A stretch of DNA of 64,000 nucleotides from NCBI GenBank assembly GCA_965218975.1, contig OZ244717.1, forward strand, positions 766,719 to 830,718, given 5' to 3'. Positions 17,958 to 27,561 of this stretch are shown one piece after another; position 1 is the stretch's first letter, and each line of letters begins with the position of its first letter. The notes below the pieces were generated by a model that had not been told where the DNA came from, ran no database searches, and saw nothing but the letters and a program-made list of their open reading frames with translations. Source of the DNA: Candidatus Oxydemutatoraceae bacterium (GTDB lineage Bacteria; Pseudomonadota; Gammaproteobacteria; Poriferisulfidales; Oxydemutatoraceae). A program made the position numbers and the translations under genes.

Positions 17958-18566
17958 TTAATGAAAGCGCCGAAATTTTGGAGGTTTTTTCAACCGTGAT
18001 AATTCGGTTTTTAACTCATCTATCTTTGCTTCGAGCCTGGCTACGTCGGTCTTGGTTGCGGATTCATTCGTATGTGCGAATGTTGGCGGAAAGTTTAGAT
18101 AGTCTGCTGTGTGGCATCTGGAAATTTTAGCATCGCGATCATGCGGAGCAAATTTACTCAGTAACGAAGCTATGGTATCAAACGGAGTAAAATCCGGAGT
18201 AAAATCACATAGCTGCTGAATTGACTTTTGAAGCCGGCGCCGAGGAGCATCTATTTGGGCAAGACGTTGCACTGATTCCTGCATCTGCTGTAACGGCTGA
18301 TAGAAGTTCTGCTTTGCGATGGTTGCCAAAGCTCTCTGTAGAGACTTTGCTGAGAACTTATTTTGTTCATCTAAAAACCTTTGTCTGTTCATAAAATTTT
18401 CCTGAAGCTGGCGCTGAGTAGCAACTATTTGGTCAGGACGTTGCACTAATTCCTGCATCTGCTGTAACGGCGGATAGAAGTTCTGCTTTGCGATGGTTGC
18501 CAAAGCTCTCTGTAGAGACTTTGCTGAGAACTTATTTTGTTCATCTAAAAACCTTTGTCTGTTCAT
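17958..18566 (-). CDS. Hypothetical Q-rich coiled-coil protein with internal 58-aa tandem duplication
   Basis: 202-aa ORF. Residues 1-58 and 59-116 are near-identical (MNRQRFLDEQNKFSAKSLQRALATIAKQNFY...). Confidence 0.45.
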   Translation of the reverse strand: MNRQRFLDEQNKFSAKSLQRALATIAKQNFYPPLQQMQELVQRPDQIVATQRQLQENFMNRQRFLDEQNKFSAKSLQRALATIAKQNFYQPLQQMQESVQRLAQIDAPRRRLQKSIQQLCDFTPDFTPFDTIASLLSKFAPHDRDAKISRCHTADYLNFPPTFAHTNESATKTDVARLEAKIDELKTELSRLKKPPKFRRFH

Positions 18567-18657
18567 AAAATTTTCCTGAAGAATATTCTAATAAATAATA
18601 ATCAAAAGTTAATAGAAGCCCGGATGAAAAAAGCCGCCCGAAGGCGGCTACAATCAA

Positions 18658-18939
18658 GTGGTTCCCGGCGCTGCCGAACGCATCCTCGTAATGGCAGAGC
18701 AGGACGCTCAACATGTGCGCAATTTTGAGAACAAGGCTTTAGACGCCGCCCGTTACCAACAACTCACGGGACAGGTCTGCGGTTTTATCATCGGCATCAT
18801 CGCATTATCCGCAACGATCGCCGCTTTATTCCTTGGCCATGAAGTTGTCGCTGCGATTATCGGCGCTACAACGGTAGCTAGCCTCGGCGCCGTCTTTGTA
18901 ACAGGAAGAATCGCCAAGCCGAAAGGCAGAGGCACATAA
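18658..18939 (+). CDS. DUF2335-like membrane protein, N-terminally truncated (duplicate of 16295-16543)
   Basis: VVPGAAERILVMAEQDAQHVRNFENKALDAARYQQLTGQ plus 2 TM helices. I estimate about 95% nt identity to the 16.3-kb copy. Confidence 0.5.
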   Translation: MVPGAAERILVMAEQDAQHVRNFENKALDAARYQQLTGQVCGFIIGIIALSATIAALFLGHEVVAAIIGATTVASLGAVFVTGRIAKPKGRGT

Positions 18940-19029
18940 CGCTTTGGGAAATGTATACACCGCCGGTTGAAGTGCGACCCGCTTCCTCATTAATAACCTA
19001 CGCGCATTAGCGGCAACCGAAATGAAGGG

Positions 19030-19341
19030 TGTACGATGCCACCCTAAATGGGATTTTTGCAGCGCTTCTCTGTCTGCATACTCACAGGCAGGCACGCACA
19101 AGCAGGGTCTCGTCATGGGTGAGACGCGCCCGGAAAACCGATCGGTTTTCAGCGGCGAACGACCCGACAAGGATGTCGGGGCTGGGGCTTGTTGACAGAA
19201 CCCAGTCGCGTCATGGATGACAGGCACTTTGCCGACAATCAGGCACTTTGCCGACAATCAGGCACTTTGCCGACAATCCGGCACTTTGCCGACAATCAGG
19301 CACAATCCGCCGAACATCCGCCAACAAACACAAAACGGTTC
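19030..19341 (-). repeat. Partial cassette: tail end fragment, one A unit (19117-19214), and linker X with the 19-nt iteron expanded to 4 copies
   Basis: Starts with tgtacgatgccaccctaaatggg... The iteron ggcactttgccgacaatc(a/c) occurs at 19223, 19242, 19261 and 19280. Confidence 0.8.
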
Positions 19342-19620
19342 AGCCGATTGTTGAACGCTGTACGTGTCCGGTATTCCGGACATAGTAGGAAAGTTGCCGA
19401 GCAATGACTTGATAACGAAGTCATATCGTTTAGTTCTCGGTGGAGGGCGCTCGACGTCGTAACGTTGTAGGTCATTAATCATCCGCTGGTAAAACTCACC
19501 GATGTCTTCAAGTAATTATTCTCTTTGGTAGTCGATAAATTCTTCTTAGACAATACGGCCGAAGCGCTCATTTCAGCATTCATCTTCGGACATTCCGGAC
19601 CGGGTAACTTACTATCTCAA

Positions 19621-20277
19621 TCAATCCTTATCCCGGGTGTCAATCTCATATTCCACCGCCATGACTGCCGCTTCGACTCGTGAATGCACTCCGAGCTTGC
19701 GTAAAATCGCTTTCACATGCAATTTCACTGTTCCTTCCGAAATACCTAATTGATTAGCGATAGATTTATTGCTTTGTCCTTCGGCAAGCAAATTCAATGC
19801 CTCGCGTTCGCGCGGCGTTAACGTTTTAATCGGATGATCCTGGCGCATACGGCGACGATAGAGGGCACGCGAATATGATTGTCGCATCGCCGGCGAAAAC
19901 ACAATTTCACCGACAACCGCTTTACGCAATGCAACCACCAAGTTATCCGGGTCAATATCTTTAAGCAAATAACCCTGTGCTCCGGCCTGCATGGTCCGGA
20001 CAACATCTTCCTCATTTCTGCTGGTCGTAAGCACCACAATCGCCTGCTTCATTTTCTTCGCAATCAACTGCTTCAACACTGCCAAACCATTCATATCGGG
20101 CATACGCAAATCAAGTAAAACAACATCGGGAGCGGTCCGCTTCACCTGTTCAATCCCTTCCTGTCCGCTGCCGACCGATGCGACCACTTCGATATTGCGG
20201 CTAACAAGCAAACGTTCCAATCCTTCGCGAAACAGGGTGTGATCGTCAATCACTACGACACGCAATTTATTCGCCAT
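19621..20277 (-). CDS. Two-component response regulator, NarL/FixJ (LuxR-type HTH) family
   Basis: 218 aa with a receiver domain (VVIDDH ... DLRMPDMNG) and a C-terminal LTPREREALNLLAEGQSNKSIANQLGISEGTVKLHV. Confidence 0.9.
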   Translation of the reverse strand: MANKLRVVVIDDHTLFREGLERLLVSRNIEVVASVGSGQEGIEQVKRTAPDVVLLDLRMPDMNGLAVLKQLIAKKMKQAIVVLTTSRNEEDVVRTMQAGAQGYLLKDIDPDNLVVALRKAVVGEIVFSPAMRQSYSRALYRRRMRQDHPIKTLTPREREALNLLAEGQSNKSIANQLGISEGTVKLHVKAILRKLGVHSRVEAAVMAVEYEIDTRDKD

Positions 20278-20282
20278 AATGT

Positions 20283-21866
20283 CTAGGCTGTTTTAACAGC
20301 CGTCGGATAACGAAACCGCAATTTAACCCGCGTCCCCTCACCGGGTTCGGTATCGATAACCAATTCGCCTTTGATGCGAGCGGCACATTCGCGCATCATA
20401 GTCAAACCAAAATGCCCTTCTTTCACAGTCGTTAACGCGACGTTTTCCATACCGCAGCCGTTATCTTCGATCATGACGAAATAATTGTGATCTTTATCAT
20501 CGCGTAACAATAATCGGACAAAATCAGCCCCGCTGTGTTTATACACATTGGCAAGCGCTTCTTGAATGACCCGTAAAATTTCATTTTCGTATTCCACCGG
20601 CAAATCTTGCACTGCCCACTCTTTTTGCACAAACACTTTTATCTTCGGATGATTCCGACGAAACCGCCGCACAAATTCATCAATCGAACGAAAGCTCTTC
20701 TTATGCAACGAAGCGGGGGACGTATCTCGGAAATGAACAATTAAATTGCGTACCTCGCGGTTTGCCGACTCAATATCATTCTCAAGTTTTTCCAGCTCCC
20801 GCCAAGCGGTTTCCTCGTCATTCTCATGCATTGCTTGATCCAACACACGTGCCTGAAATCGCAAGCTGCTGATTGTTTGCGCCAATGAGTCGTGCAGTTC
20901 GTGCGCAATCCGAGTACGCTCCTTCATAATGGACAAACGCTTGGTTTCCTCATCCAAGCGCGACTTCACCACTACCATTCCAAGGTGATAACCGACACTG
21001 GCAAATAATTCATCCAACACGGAGCGGCGAGAAAAAGTTTCCTGATCAAGGTACAAACAACATATTCCGAGCACATCGCCATAATGCTTCAGCGGAATCA
21101 CTAATCGGCGATACTTCGGCGAATCTTTTAAAAACGGATTGTCTTCCGCCATAAACCGAATGTCCTCGATTGCAGGAACCGTACCGGTTTGCGCGACTCG
21201 CCACATTCCGCCGTTTTCCAAGCGTAGGCGAATCATCGCGCCGTCCAAATTGAAGATGTCTTCCAATGTTTTGAGCACATTGTTGAACACCTCATCCATA
21301 CTCTGCAATGTATTGATGCTGGTTGCAATCCGATACAACGCGGCAAGCGAGCGTGTTTTTTGCGTGATGTGCTCAGTGTGTTCGCGCAATTGTCTCTCGG
21401 CATAACGCGATTGCGTTTCAAGCATCGTCGCCAATGTGTTCAAATCGGCGTTAATACAGGCGAAATTGGCCGCAACCGATTCGGGCAAACGCGCGGACAA
21501 ATTGCCCGCATGTATTGACAACAACCATTGCTTTAATTGTGCCATCGGTTTCAGAAAGTCCGACCACAACCAATACAACGCACCGAACAAAACCGCTAAC
21601 GCGGCGGATAATCCGTACATCCACCATATCGGCAATGCATCCGATAAAGAAATAGCGGCGGAGGTATTCATCCGGCTACTAACCGCGGCAATCGCCAGCA
21701 CCACCGTCATCAGCGCGAAAAAAACCAACGCGATAATACTGCGTTGCGCGAACGGCTTATTTAAAAAATCGGAACGTTGTTGCGCTAAGCGTTGCGACGT
21801 TAAATCCGCCGGTGCGGACTCCGCCAAAGACGATTCACGATTCAATTTGAAAGTTTTGAATAGCAT
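20283..21866 (-). CDS. Sensor histidine kinase (2 TM - HAMP - GAF - HisKA_3 - HATPase)
   Basis: 527 aa with H-box RIAHELHDSLAQ and N/G boxes (EALANVYKH ... DNGCG ... GLTMM). Confidence 0.88.
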   Translation of the reverse strand: MLFKTFKLNRESSLAESAPADLTSQRLAQQRSDFLNKPFAQRSIIALVFFALMTVVLAIAAVSSRMNTSAAISLSDALPIWWMYGLSAALAVLFGALYWLWSDFLKPMAQLKQWLLSIHAGNLSARLPESVAANFACINADLNTLATMLETQSRYAERQLREHTEHITQKTRSLAALYRIATSINTLQSMDEVFNNVLKTLEDIFNLDGAMIRLRLENGGMWRVAQTGTVPAIEDIRFMAEDNPFLKDSPKYRRLVIPLKHYGDVLGICCLYLDQETFSRRSVLDELFASVGYHLGMVVVKSRLDEETKRLSIMKERTRIAHELHDSLAQTISSLRFQARVLDQAMHENDEETAWRELEKLENDIESANREVRNLIVHFRDTSPASLHKKSFRSIDEFVRRFRRNHPKIKVFVQKEWAVQDLPVEYENEILRVIQEALANVYKHSGADFVRLLLRDDKDHNYFVMIEDNGCGMENVALTTVKEGHFGLTMMRECAARIKGELVIDTEPGEGTRVKLRFRYPTAVKTA

Positions 21867-21896
21867 GCCGACTAATGCATTACGGCTTTCGGCACA

Positions 21897-22232
21897 TTAC
21901 ACCGGGGGCGATTCCTGTTCGGGCGGAACATAAGCGGGATCATTCGGATTTAAGAAAATAAAGTTAAACTCGCCTTTCTCCATCTCCACAAAGTCTATCG
22001 CCATATCCTTTACCAACATTAAAGCCTCGCCCGAGACGACAATATTGATTCCTGCGCTTTTGCAAGTCAAATCATCCTGATAACTCGCATCGTCGAACCC
22101 CATCGCATAATGGAAACTATCATCCGGTTTGCGCACCACCGCAATCCGCAGAGACAAACCTTCCATATTCCCGTCTTTTGCGGATTGTTTAATACGCGCC
22201 GCCGCCGCCTCTGTCACTGTAATCATGCGCAT
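21897..22232 (-). CDS. HesB/IscA-fold protein lacking the canonical Cys ligands
   Basis: 111 aa. ITVTEAAAARIKQ ... LRIAVV ... GFDD resembles A-type carriers, but there is no GCSG and no C-terminal CGCG. Confidence 0.6.
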   Translation of the reverse strand: MRMITVTEAAAARIKQSAKDGNMEGLSLRIAVVRKPDDSFHYAMGFDDASYQDDLTCKSAGINIVVSGEALMLVKDMAIDFVEMEKGEFNFIFLNPNDPAYVPPEQESPPV

Positions 22233-22278
22233 AGTTTAACCGAACTCGTCGGCTTTCTCCGTAACGCGATCGCAGTAC

Positions 22279-22309
22279 AAAAAAAGGGGCGTCCCGGCAG
22301 GACGCCCCT
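22279..22309 (-). terminator. Rho-independent terminator downstream of the porin gene
   Basis: The minus strand reads aggggcgtcc-tgcc-gggacgcccct followed by ttttttt. Confidence 0.75.
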
Positions 22310-22362
22310 TAAAAGCTGCCATTGATCAGCGCAATGCAACGATGAACGTTTGCAAACGCCGA

Positions 22363-23754
22363 TTAGTCAAACCAATGAATGATACCAAAGGAGACTGCGT
22401 CAATGTCTCCACCTTTAACGGGATTCCCAGTGTTAATACCAAAATCATATTGCGAATTAGCCTCGTTGTCCACTTCCGAATACGTCAGACGCAATTCGGT
22501 GCCGGCCGGCATCGTGTAGAACAAACCAAGGTTATAAGCTTTGGCGTCGGTGTCTTTCTCTTGCGCGCTGGTGCAAGCAGAATCGGAACCGCACTCCCAT
22601 TCATCGCCATCCATGTACGAGAAGCGAAAATCAAAACCGTTGCCGAAGGAGTGCTTGCCCGAGATCATCCAAGCCTCGCGCTCGACATCCGTCCATACCG
22701 CTTGAACTTCGCCCGTTGCGTCATTGCCATAGCCAGGGGTAGCACCCTCATTAAGTTCAATACACCCGTCAGCATCGTAATCGAGTTCTTCCCACATTGC
22801 GGCAAGCCAGGTTTTCATACCGTTGCCCCAGTCGTGAACATAACGACCGGCGATTCTAATGCCTTCGTCATTCGAATCAGTACAGGAGTTTGCAATTTTT
22901 TGTGTTTGATCATTAGCAAAACTGTTATTGAGATCCGTGATACTGAGGTCATCGTGCTCTTGATAGGCTGCCGCAATCCAGAATTGATCGCCGTTCGCCA
23001 GATTATGCTGATAAGACACACCCGTCGATATGATGCGCGGATCAACAGTGACTCCACTGGGGTGAGATTGGTCGTCTGTCGCACTGCCTTCGGTGACCGC
23101 GAAACGGAACTGAAAACCGTCGCGCGCCTGCGAAGCCATCGCGCTGGTGTTCGGCCAAACATACATGACCACACCTTCCTGACGACGGTTGAACGCGAGC
23201 GCTCCATAAGCTTCACCGAAATCATCGTCGAAGCTGCCATTATAGTAGAGATATGAAAAATCTCCGCCACCGGAAGCACCTGCTTCTGGCTGTGTAGCAC
23301 TTTGCCCGAGATTACCCATAATGCTGGTATGCGAATTGGTGTCGGCATCGTAGAATGGGTCTATCCACCCCGCAACGATTTCGTTATACGGCAACAGCCA
23401 CTGAGCGAACATGATCTCACCCATCATCTCGTGACGCAAGCTGATCTTGGAATTACGATTGCACCAGTCGGTGTATTTGTTGTTCCTGCCCCAGTAGGTA
23501 AACTGCTCGCAACGCAGACCGACTTGCAAACCGGCAATGCCCGTATCCATGTGCGACATGAAACCGATGTTACCGGCATCGTTGCTCAGGCGATCTACTT
23601 CCTTGCCTCCATCAGCATCAACAAATTCATACGACCAGTTTTGCCAACTGTAAAGGTTGATGTTTTCTTCAGCGCCCATACCGGCCATGCCGCTCAGCGG
23701 AATGACCGCCAGCGCAATGCCGAGTACTGAAGAAAGCAAAAGTTTTCTAACCAT
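22363..23754 (-). CDS. Putative outer-membrane beta-barrel porin
   Basis: 463 aa with a signal peptide (LLLSSVLGIALAVIPLSGMAG), alternating aromatic/Gly-rich strands and a C-terminal ...SFGIIHWFD. Confidence 0.6.
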   Translation of the reverse strand: MVRKLLLSSVLGIALAVIPLSGMAGMGAEENINLYSWQNWSYEFVDADGGKEVDRLSNDAGNIGFMSHMDTGIAGLQVGLRCEQFTYWGRNNKYTDWCNRNSKISLRHEMMGEIMFAQWLLPYNEIVAGWIDPFYDADTNSHTSIMGNLGQSATQPEAGASGGGDFSYLYYNGSFDDDFGEAYGALAFNRRQEGVVMYVWPNTSAMASQARDGFQFRFAVTEGSATDDQSHPSGVTVDPRIISTGVSYQHNLANGDQFWIAAAYQEHDDLSITDLNNSFANDQTQKIANSCTDSNDEGIRIAGRYVHDWGNGMKTWLAAMWEELDYDADGCIELNEGATPGYGNDATGEVQAVWTDVEREAWMISGKHSFGNGFDFRFSYMDGDEWECGSDSACTSAQEKDTDAKAYNLGLFYTMPAGTELRLTYSEVDNEANSQYDFGINTGNPVKGGDIDAVSFGIIHWFD

Positions 23755-24313
23755 TATTTTTCTCCCTTTGAATTATTCAAAAGCCCCTGATTCTTTTTAA
23801 TTAAGAATGCCGGGTATTGTTGTTATTGTGCACAATCCTGTGCTCAACATACAACGGCGCTGTTAAGAAATACCATATAGCACTCTTCACAAAGGCCGCC
23901 GCGGAAATCTCACACGGTGTTTTTGCAACATTCAAACCGACACCGGAACCCAATGGGTTCACGTAATCGCCTCAAACGGGGAGTAAGGATAAACCAACCG
24001 TTTCAAAAAAGCAACAATAAAATGTATATCGCATTCAAACAACACCGAAAGTCTCGACGGATGAAGTTTGCCCTTAACGCAAGCCTTAGAAAGTTGTCCG
24101 GATATTGCCATTCGATGGTAAAACTTTAATTGTCTCTAATTGTCTCTTTTTCACAACAAAGTAATTATTTACTATCCGCAAGTACATAAAGCTCAGAAAC
24201 CTTTGATGCGGTGACCGATGTGGATGCGGTGACCGATGTGCTGATATTGCATATCGGTCACCGCGTCAAAGGTTTCTATATGAGTCAATTTTGCTTCAAA
24301 AATAGAGGTTATT

Positions 24314-24586
24314 ATGAACACAACGGCTCAACAGAAATATGATGCCCTCATTTTGGGAGGGTTGTAACTCCCGAACGCATTCAAGATCGGTCGCAGTACT
24401 TTGTACCGCTGGCGCCGACGTTATCGCCGCACTGGCCTCAGCGCCTTACATGATCGCGGCAAAGCGCCGCGCAAGAGGTGGCGGCGAGTCTGGCCACAAC
24501 CGATTCAGCACGAAACCGTTTTGCGCTTGTTGCCGGATTGTCGACGGATTGTGCCGGATTATCAGCACAGTGCTTGTCGTCCATGA
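24314..24586 (+). pseudogene. Transposase N-terminal HTH remnant with in-frame TAA (24365-24367)
   Basis: MNTTAQQKYDALILGGL*LPNAFKIGRSTLYRWRRRYRRTGLSALHDRGKAPRKRWRRVWPQPIQHETVLRLL... Confidence 0.6.
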
Positions 24587-25608
24587 CGCGACTGGGTTCT
24601 GTCAACAAGCCCCAGCCCCGACGTCCTTGTCGGGTCGTTCACCGCTGAAAACCAATTGGTTTTCCGGGCGCGTCTCACCCATGACGAGACTTGGTTCTGT
24701 TAATGAGCGCCAGCCCTGACGTCCTTGTCGGGTCGTTCGCCGCTGAAAACCGATCGGTTTTCCGGGCGCGTCTCACCCTGCGCCTGGCAGAATTTCGGCA
24801 GCAGTAAAGTCTTTGAGCTGATGAAATCATTTTGTGTTTGTTGGCGGATTGTCGGCGGATTGTGCCGGATTGTCGGCAAAGTGCCTGTCATCCATGACGC
24901 GACTGGGTTCTGTCAACAAGCCCCAGCCCCGACATCCTTGTCGGGTCGTTCACCGCTGAAAACCGATCGGTTTTCAGCGGCGCGTCTCACCCATGACGAG
25001 ACTTGGTTCTGTCAATGAGCGCCAGCCCTGACGTCCTTGTCGGGTCGTTCACCGCTGAAAACCGATCGGTTTTCCGGGCGCGTCTCACCCTGCGCCTGGC
25101 AGAATTTCGGCAGCAGTAAAGTCTTTGAGCTGATGAAACCATTTTGTGTTTGTTGCCGTGTTGTCGGCGGATTGTGCCGGATTATCAGCACAGTGCTTGT
25201 CGTCCATGACGCGACTGGGTTCTGTCAACAAGCCCCAGCCCCGACGTCCTTGTCGGGTCGTTCACCGCTGAAAACCAATTGGTTTTCCGGGCGCGTCTCA
25301 CCCATGACGCGACTGGGTTCTGTCAACAAGCCCCAGCCCCGACATCCTTGTCGGGTCGTTCACCGCTGAAAACCAATTGGTTTTCCGGGCGCGTCTCACC
25401 CTGCGCCAGGCTTATCCGAATCTCGGTAGCAGTAAAATCTTTGAGCTGATGAAACCGTTTTGTGTTTGTTGGCGAATTGTGCCGGATTGTCGGCAAAGTG
25501 CCTGTCATCCATGACGCGACTTGGTGCTGTCAATGAACCCCAGCCCCGACGTCCTTGTCGGGTCGTTCGCCGCTGAAAACCGATCGGTTTTCCGAGCGCG
25601 TCTCACCC
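24583..25608 (+). repeat. Array: A, A', B, A, A', B, A, A, B, A'
   Basis: A units start at 24583, 24681, 24894, 24993, 25206, 25304 and 25511. B modules are 24779-24893, 25091-25205 and 25402-25510. Confidence 0.9.
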
Positions 25609-25791
25609 TGCACCGCCCTCATGCCGGCAACGGACAGAAAGCACCGACCCGAATGTTACTGCCGAACGCTTCCTCCGAAGCCCTTCAAAAATCCCATCTA
25701 GGGTGGCATCGTACAAATTCTTGCGTAAAACGCTTGGTTATTATAAAATAGACCTTATTTAATAATTGAGCGAATTGAGCGAGGGTTTTTT

Positions 25792-26289
25792 ATGCGACTA
25801 ACAACACGTGGGCGATATGCGGTGACCGCGATTTTAGATTTGGCGCTACATCAGAAAGACGGTCCGGTTACGCTGAGCGAGATTTCTAAGCGACAGGATA
25901 TTGCCGCATCTTACTTAGGGCAATTGTTTTCGCAGTTGCGTAAACACGGGTTGGTCAACAGTCAACGCGGACCGGGCGGCGGTTATTATCTTGCTAAAAC
26001 GGCGGAAGATATCGCTCTTGTCGATGTGATTGATGCTGTCGATGAGAAATTGGACACCACTCGTTGCGGCGGTAACGTCAATTGTCAGAATAAACAGCGA
26101 TGTCTGACGCATAGCTTATGGGAAAACTTGGGACGTAAAATACATCGTTTCTTATCCGATATTTCTTTGGCGGAAGCAATTTCAGATCATGCTCTGTTGG
26201 AAGTTTCCAGACGTCAAGATCGGCAGATGGCAGACACTTTTCCAAAGACTCGTCTGCTCGGCACGTCGCATACTTCGGAGTGCTTCTGA
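25792..26289 (+). CDS. iscR: Fe-S cluster assembly transcriptional regulator IscR
   Basis: 165 aa Rrf2 family ([18 protein letters not shown] ... GPGGGY) with three Cys in the [13 protein letters not shown] region. Precedes iscS. Confidence 0.9.
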   Translation: MRLTTRGRYAVTAILDLALHQKDGPVTLSEISKRQDIAASYLGQLFSQLRKHGLVNSQRGPGGGYYLAKTAEDIALVDVIDAVDEKLDTTRCGGNVNCQNKQRCLTHSLWENLGRKIHRFLSDISLAEAISDHALLEVSRRQDRQMADTFPKTRLLGTSHTSECF

Positions 26290-27512
26290 TGAGCGACTTG
26301 AAACTACCTATCTACCTCGACTACAGCGCGACAACGCCGATGGACCCGCGTGTTGCGGAAAAAATGATGCAATACCTAACTCCGGAAGGTATTTTTGGCA
26401 ATCCCGCTTCGCGTAGTCATGTATTCGGCTGGCGGGCGGAAGAGACCGTGAAGCAGGCGCGTGAACAAGTGGCCGCGCTTATTAACGCCGACCCGCGCGA
26501 AATTATTTGGACGAGCGGCGCGACCGAATCGGATAATCTTGCGATTAAAGGAGCGGCGCATTTCTATCAGAAAAAAGGCAAGCATATTGTTACATTGAAA
26601 ACCGAACACAAGGCCGTGTTGGATACGTGTCGTCAGCTTGAAAGAGAGGGTTGCGAAGTAACTTACTTGGAACCGGAGAGTAACGGACTTTTGGATTTGC
26701 AGAAATTGATAGCGGCGCTACGTGACGATACGGTGGTGGTTTCGATTATGCATGTGAATAATGAGATCGGTGTAATCCAAGACATTAAAGCAATTGGTGA
26801 AATTACTCGTGAACGCAGAATTATTTTTCATGTCGATGCGGCGCAAAGTGCCGGCAAAGTGGTGATTGATTTGCAGGATTTAAAAGTTGACTTGATGAGT
26901 TTTTCGGCGCATAAAATCTACGGCCCGAAAGGTATCGGTGCACTCTATGTACGGCGTAAACCACGAGTAAGAATTGAAGCGCAAATGCATGGCGGCGGGC
27001 ACGAACGCGGATTACGTTCGGGCACTTTGCCGACTCATCAAATTGTCGGCATGGGCGAAGCGTTTCGTATTTCCAAGGAGGATATGGCGGCGGATAATGA
27101 GCGGATTCGCTTGTTTTCTCGGCGTTTGTGGGAAGGGCTGAAAGGGTTGGATGAGGTTTACTTAAACGGCGATTTGGAGCAACGTATCCCGGGGAACTTA
27201 AACGTTAGTTTTAATTTTGTCGAGGGCGAATCTTTGATTATGGCGCTGAAGCATATTGCGGTATCCAGCGGATCGGCTTGCACTTCTGCTTCGCTTGAAC
27301 CTAGTTATGTATTACGTGCGTTAGGGCGCAACGACGAATTGGCACATAGTTCCATTCGTTTTACAATTGGGCGCTTTACCAAGGCTGATGAAATTGATTA
27401 CACCATCTCCCATGTTCGCAAGGCCGTTGAAAAATTACGTGATTTGTCGCCGTTATGGGAGATGTATCAGGAGGGTGTTGATCTTGATTCAATTGAGTGG
27501 GCGGCGCATTGA
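26289..27512 (+). CDS. iscS: Cysteine desulfurase IscS
   Basis: [17 protein letters not shown] ... [10 protein letters not shown] (PLP Lys) ... SSGSACTS (active Cys). The ATG overlaps the iscR stop. Confidence 0.95.
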   Translation: MSDLKLPIYLDYSATTPMDPRVAEKMMQYLTPEGIFGNPASRSHVFGWRAEETVKQAREQVAALINADPREIIWTSGATESDNLAIKGAAHFYQKKGKHIVTLKTEHKAVLDTCRQLEREGCEVTYLEPESNGLLDLQKLIAALRDDTVVVSIMHVNNEIGVIQDIKAIGEITRERRIIFHVDAAQSAGKVVIDLQDLKVDLMSFSAHKIYGPKGIGALYVRRKPRVRIEAQMHGGGHERGLRSGTLPTHQIVGMGEAFRISKEDMAADNERIRLFSRRLWEGLKGLDEVYLNGDLEQRIPGNLNVSFNFVEGESLIMALKHIAVSSGSACTSASLEPSYVLRALGRNDELAHSSIRFTIGRFTKADEIDYTISHVRKAVEKLRDLSPLWEMYQEGVDLDSIEWAAH

Positions 27513-27561
27513 TGCCGACTACGCTAATTTTTTTTTATTAAAGTAAAGTGAGGGAGTAATT

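Larger units (their letters stand above)
24196..25715 (+). mobile_element. IS-derived head-array-tail repeat cassette, copy 3 (rearranged head; 7 A units, 3 B modules, tail)
   Basis: The head carries an 18-nt tandem duplication (24205-24240) and a 24-nt inverted repeat. The tail at 25609-25715 ends ggcatcgtaca. Confidence 0.7.

Noticed and set aside
22342-23256. A 304-aa plus-strand ORF (and 23302-23730) lies opposite the porin gene.
   Set aside because: It is antisense to a gene with signal peptide and beta-barrel features, and has low-complexity, Arg/Ile-rich composition. It is a shadow ORF.
24815-24860. A CTGATGA ... GAAAC string in the B module (gagCTGATGAAACcgtttt) looked like a hammerhead ribozyme core.
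   Set aside because: I could not draw stems I-III around it on either strand, and the motif is too short to be meaningful alone.
25716-25791. A possible IscR type-1 operator lies in aatagaccttatttaataattgagcg upstream of iscR.
   Set aside because: It resembles the consensus only loosely, and I cannot score it without a matrix. I left it as a point to check under the island finding.
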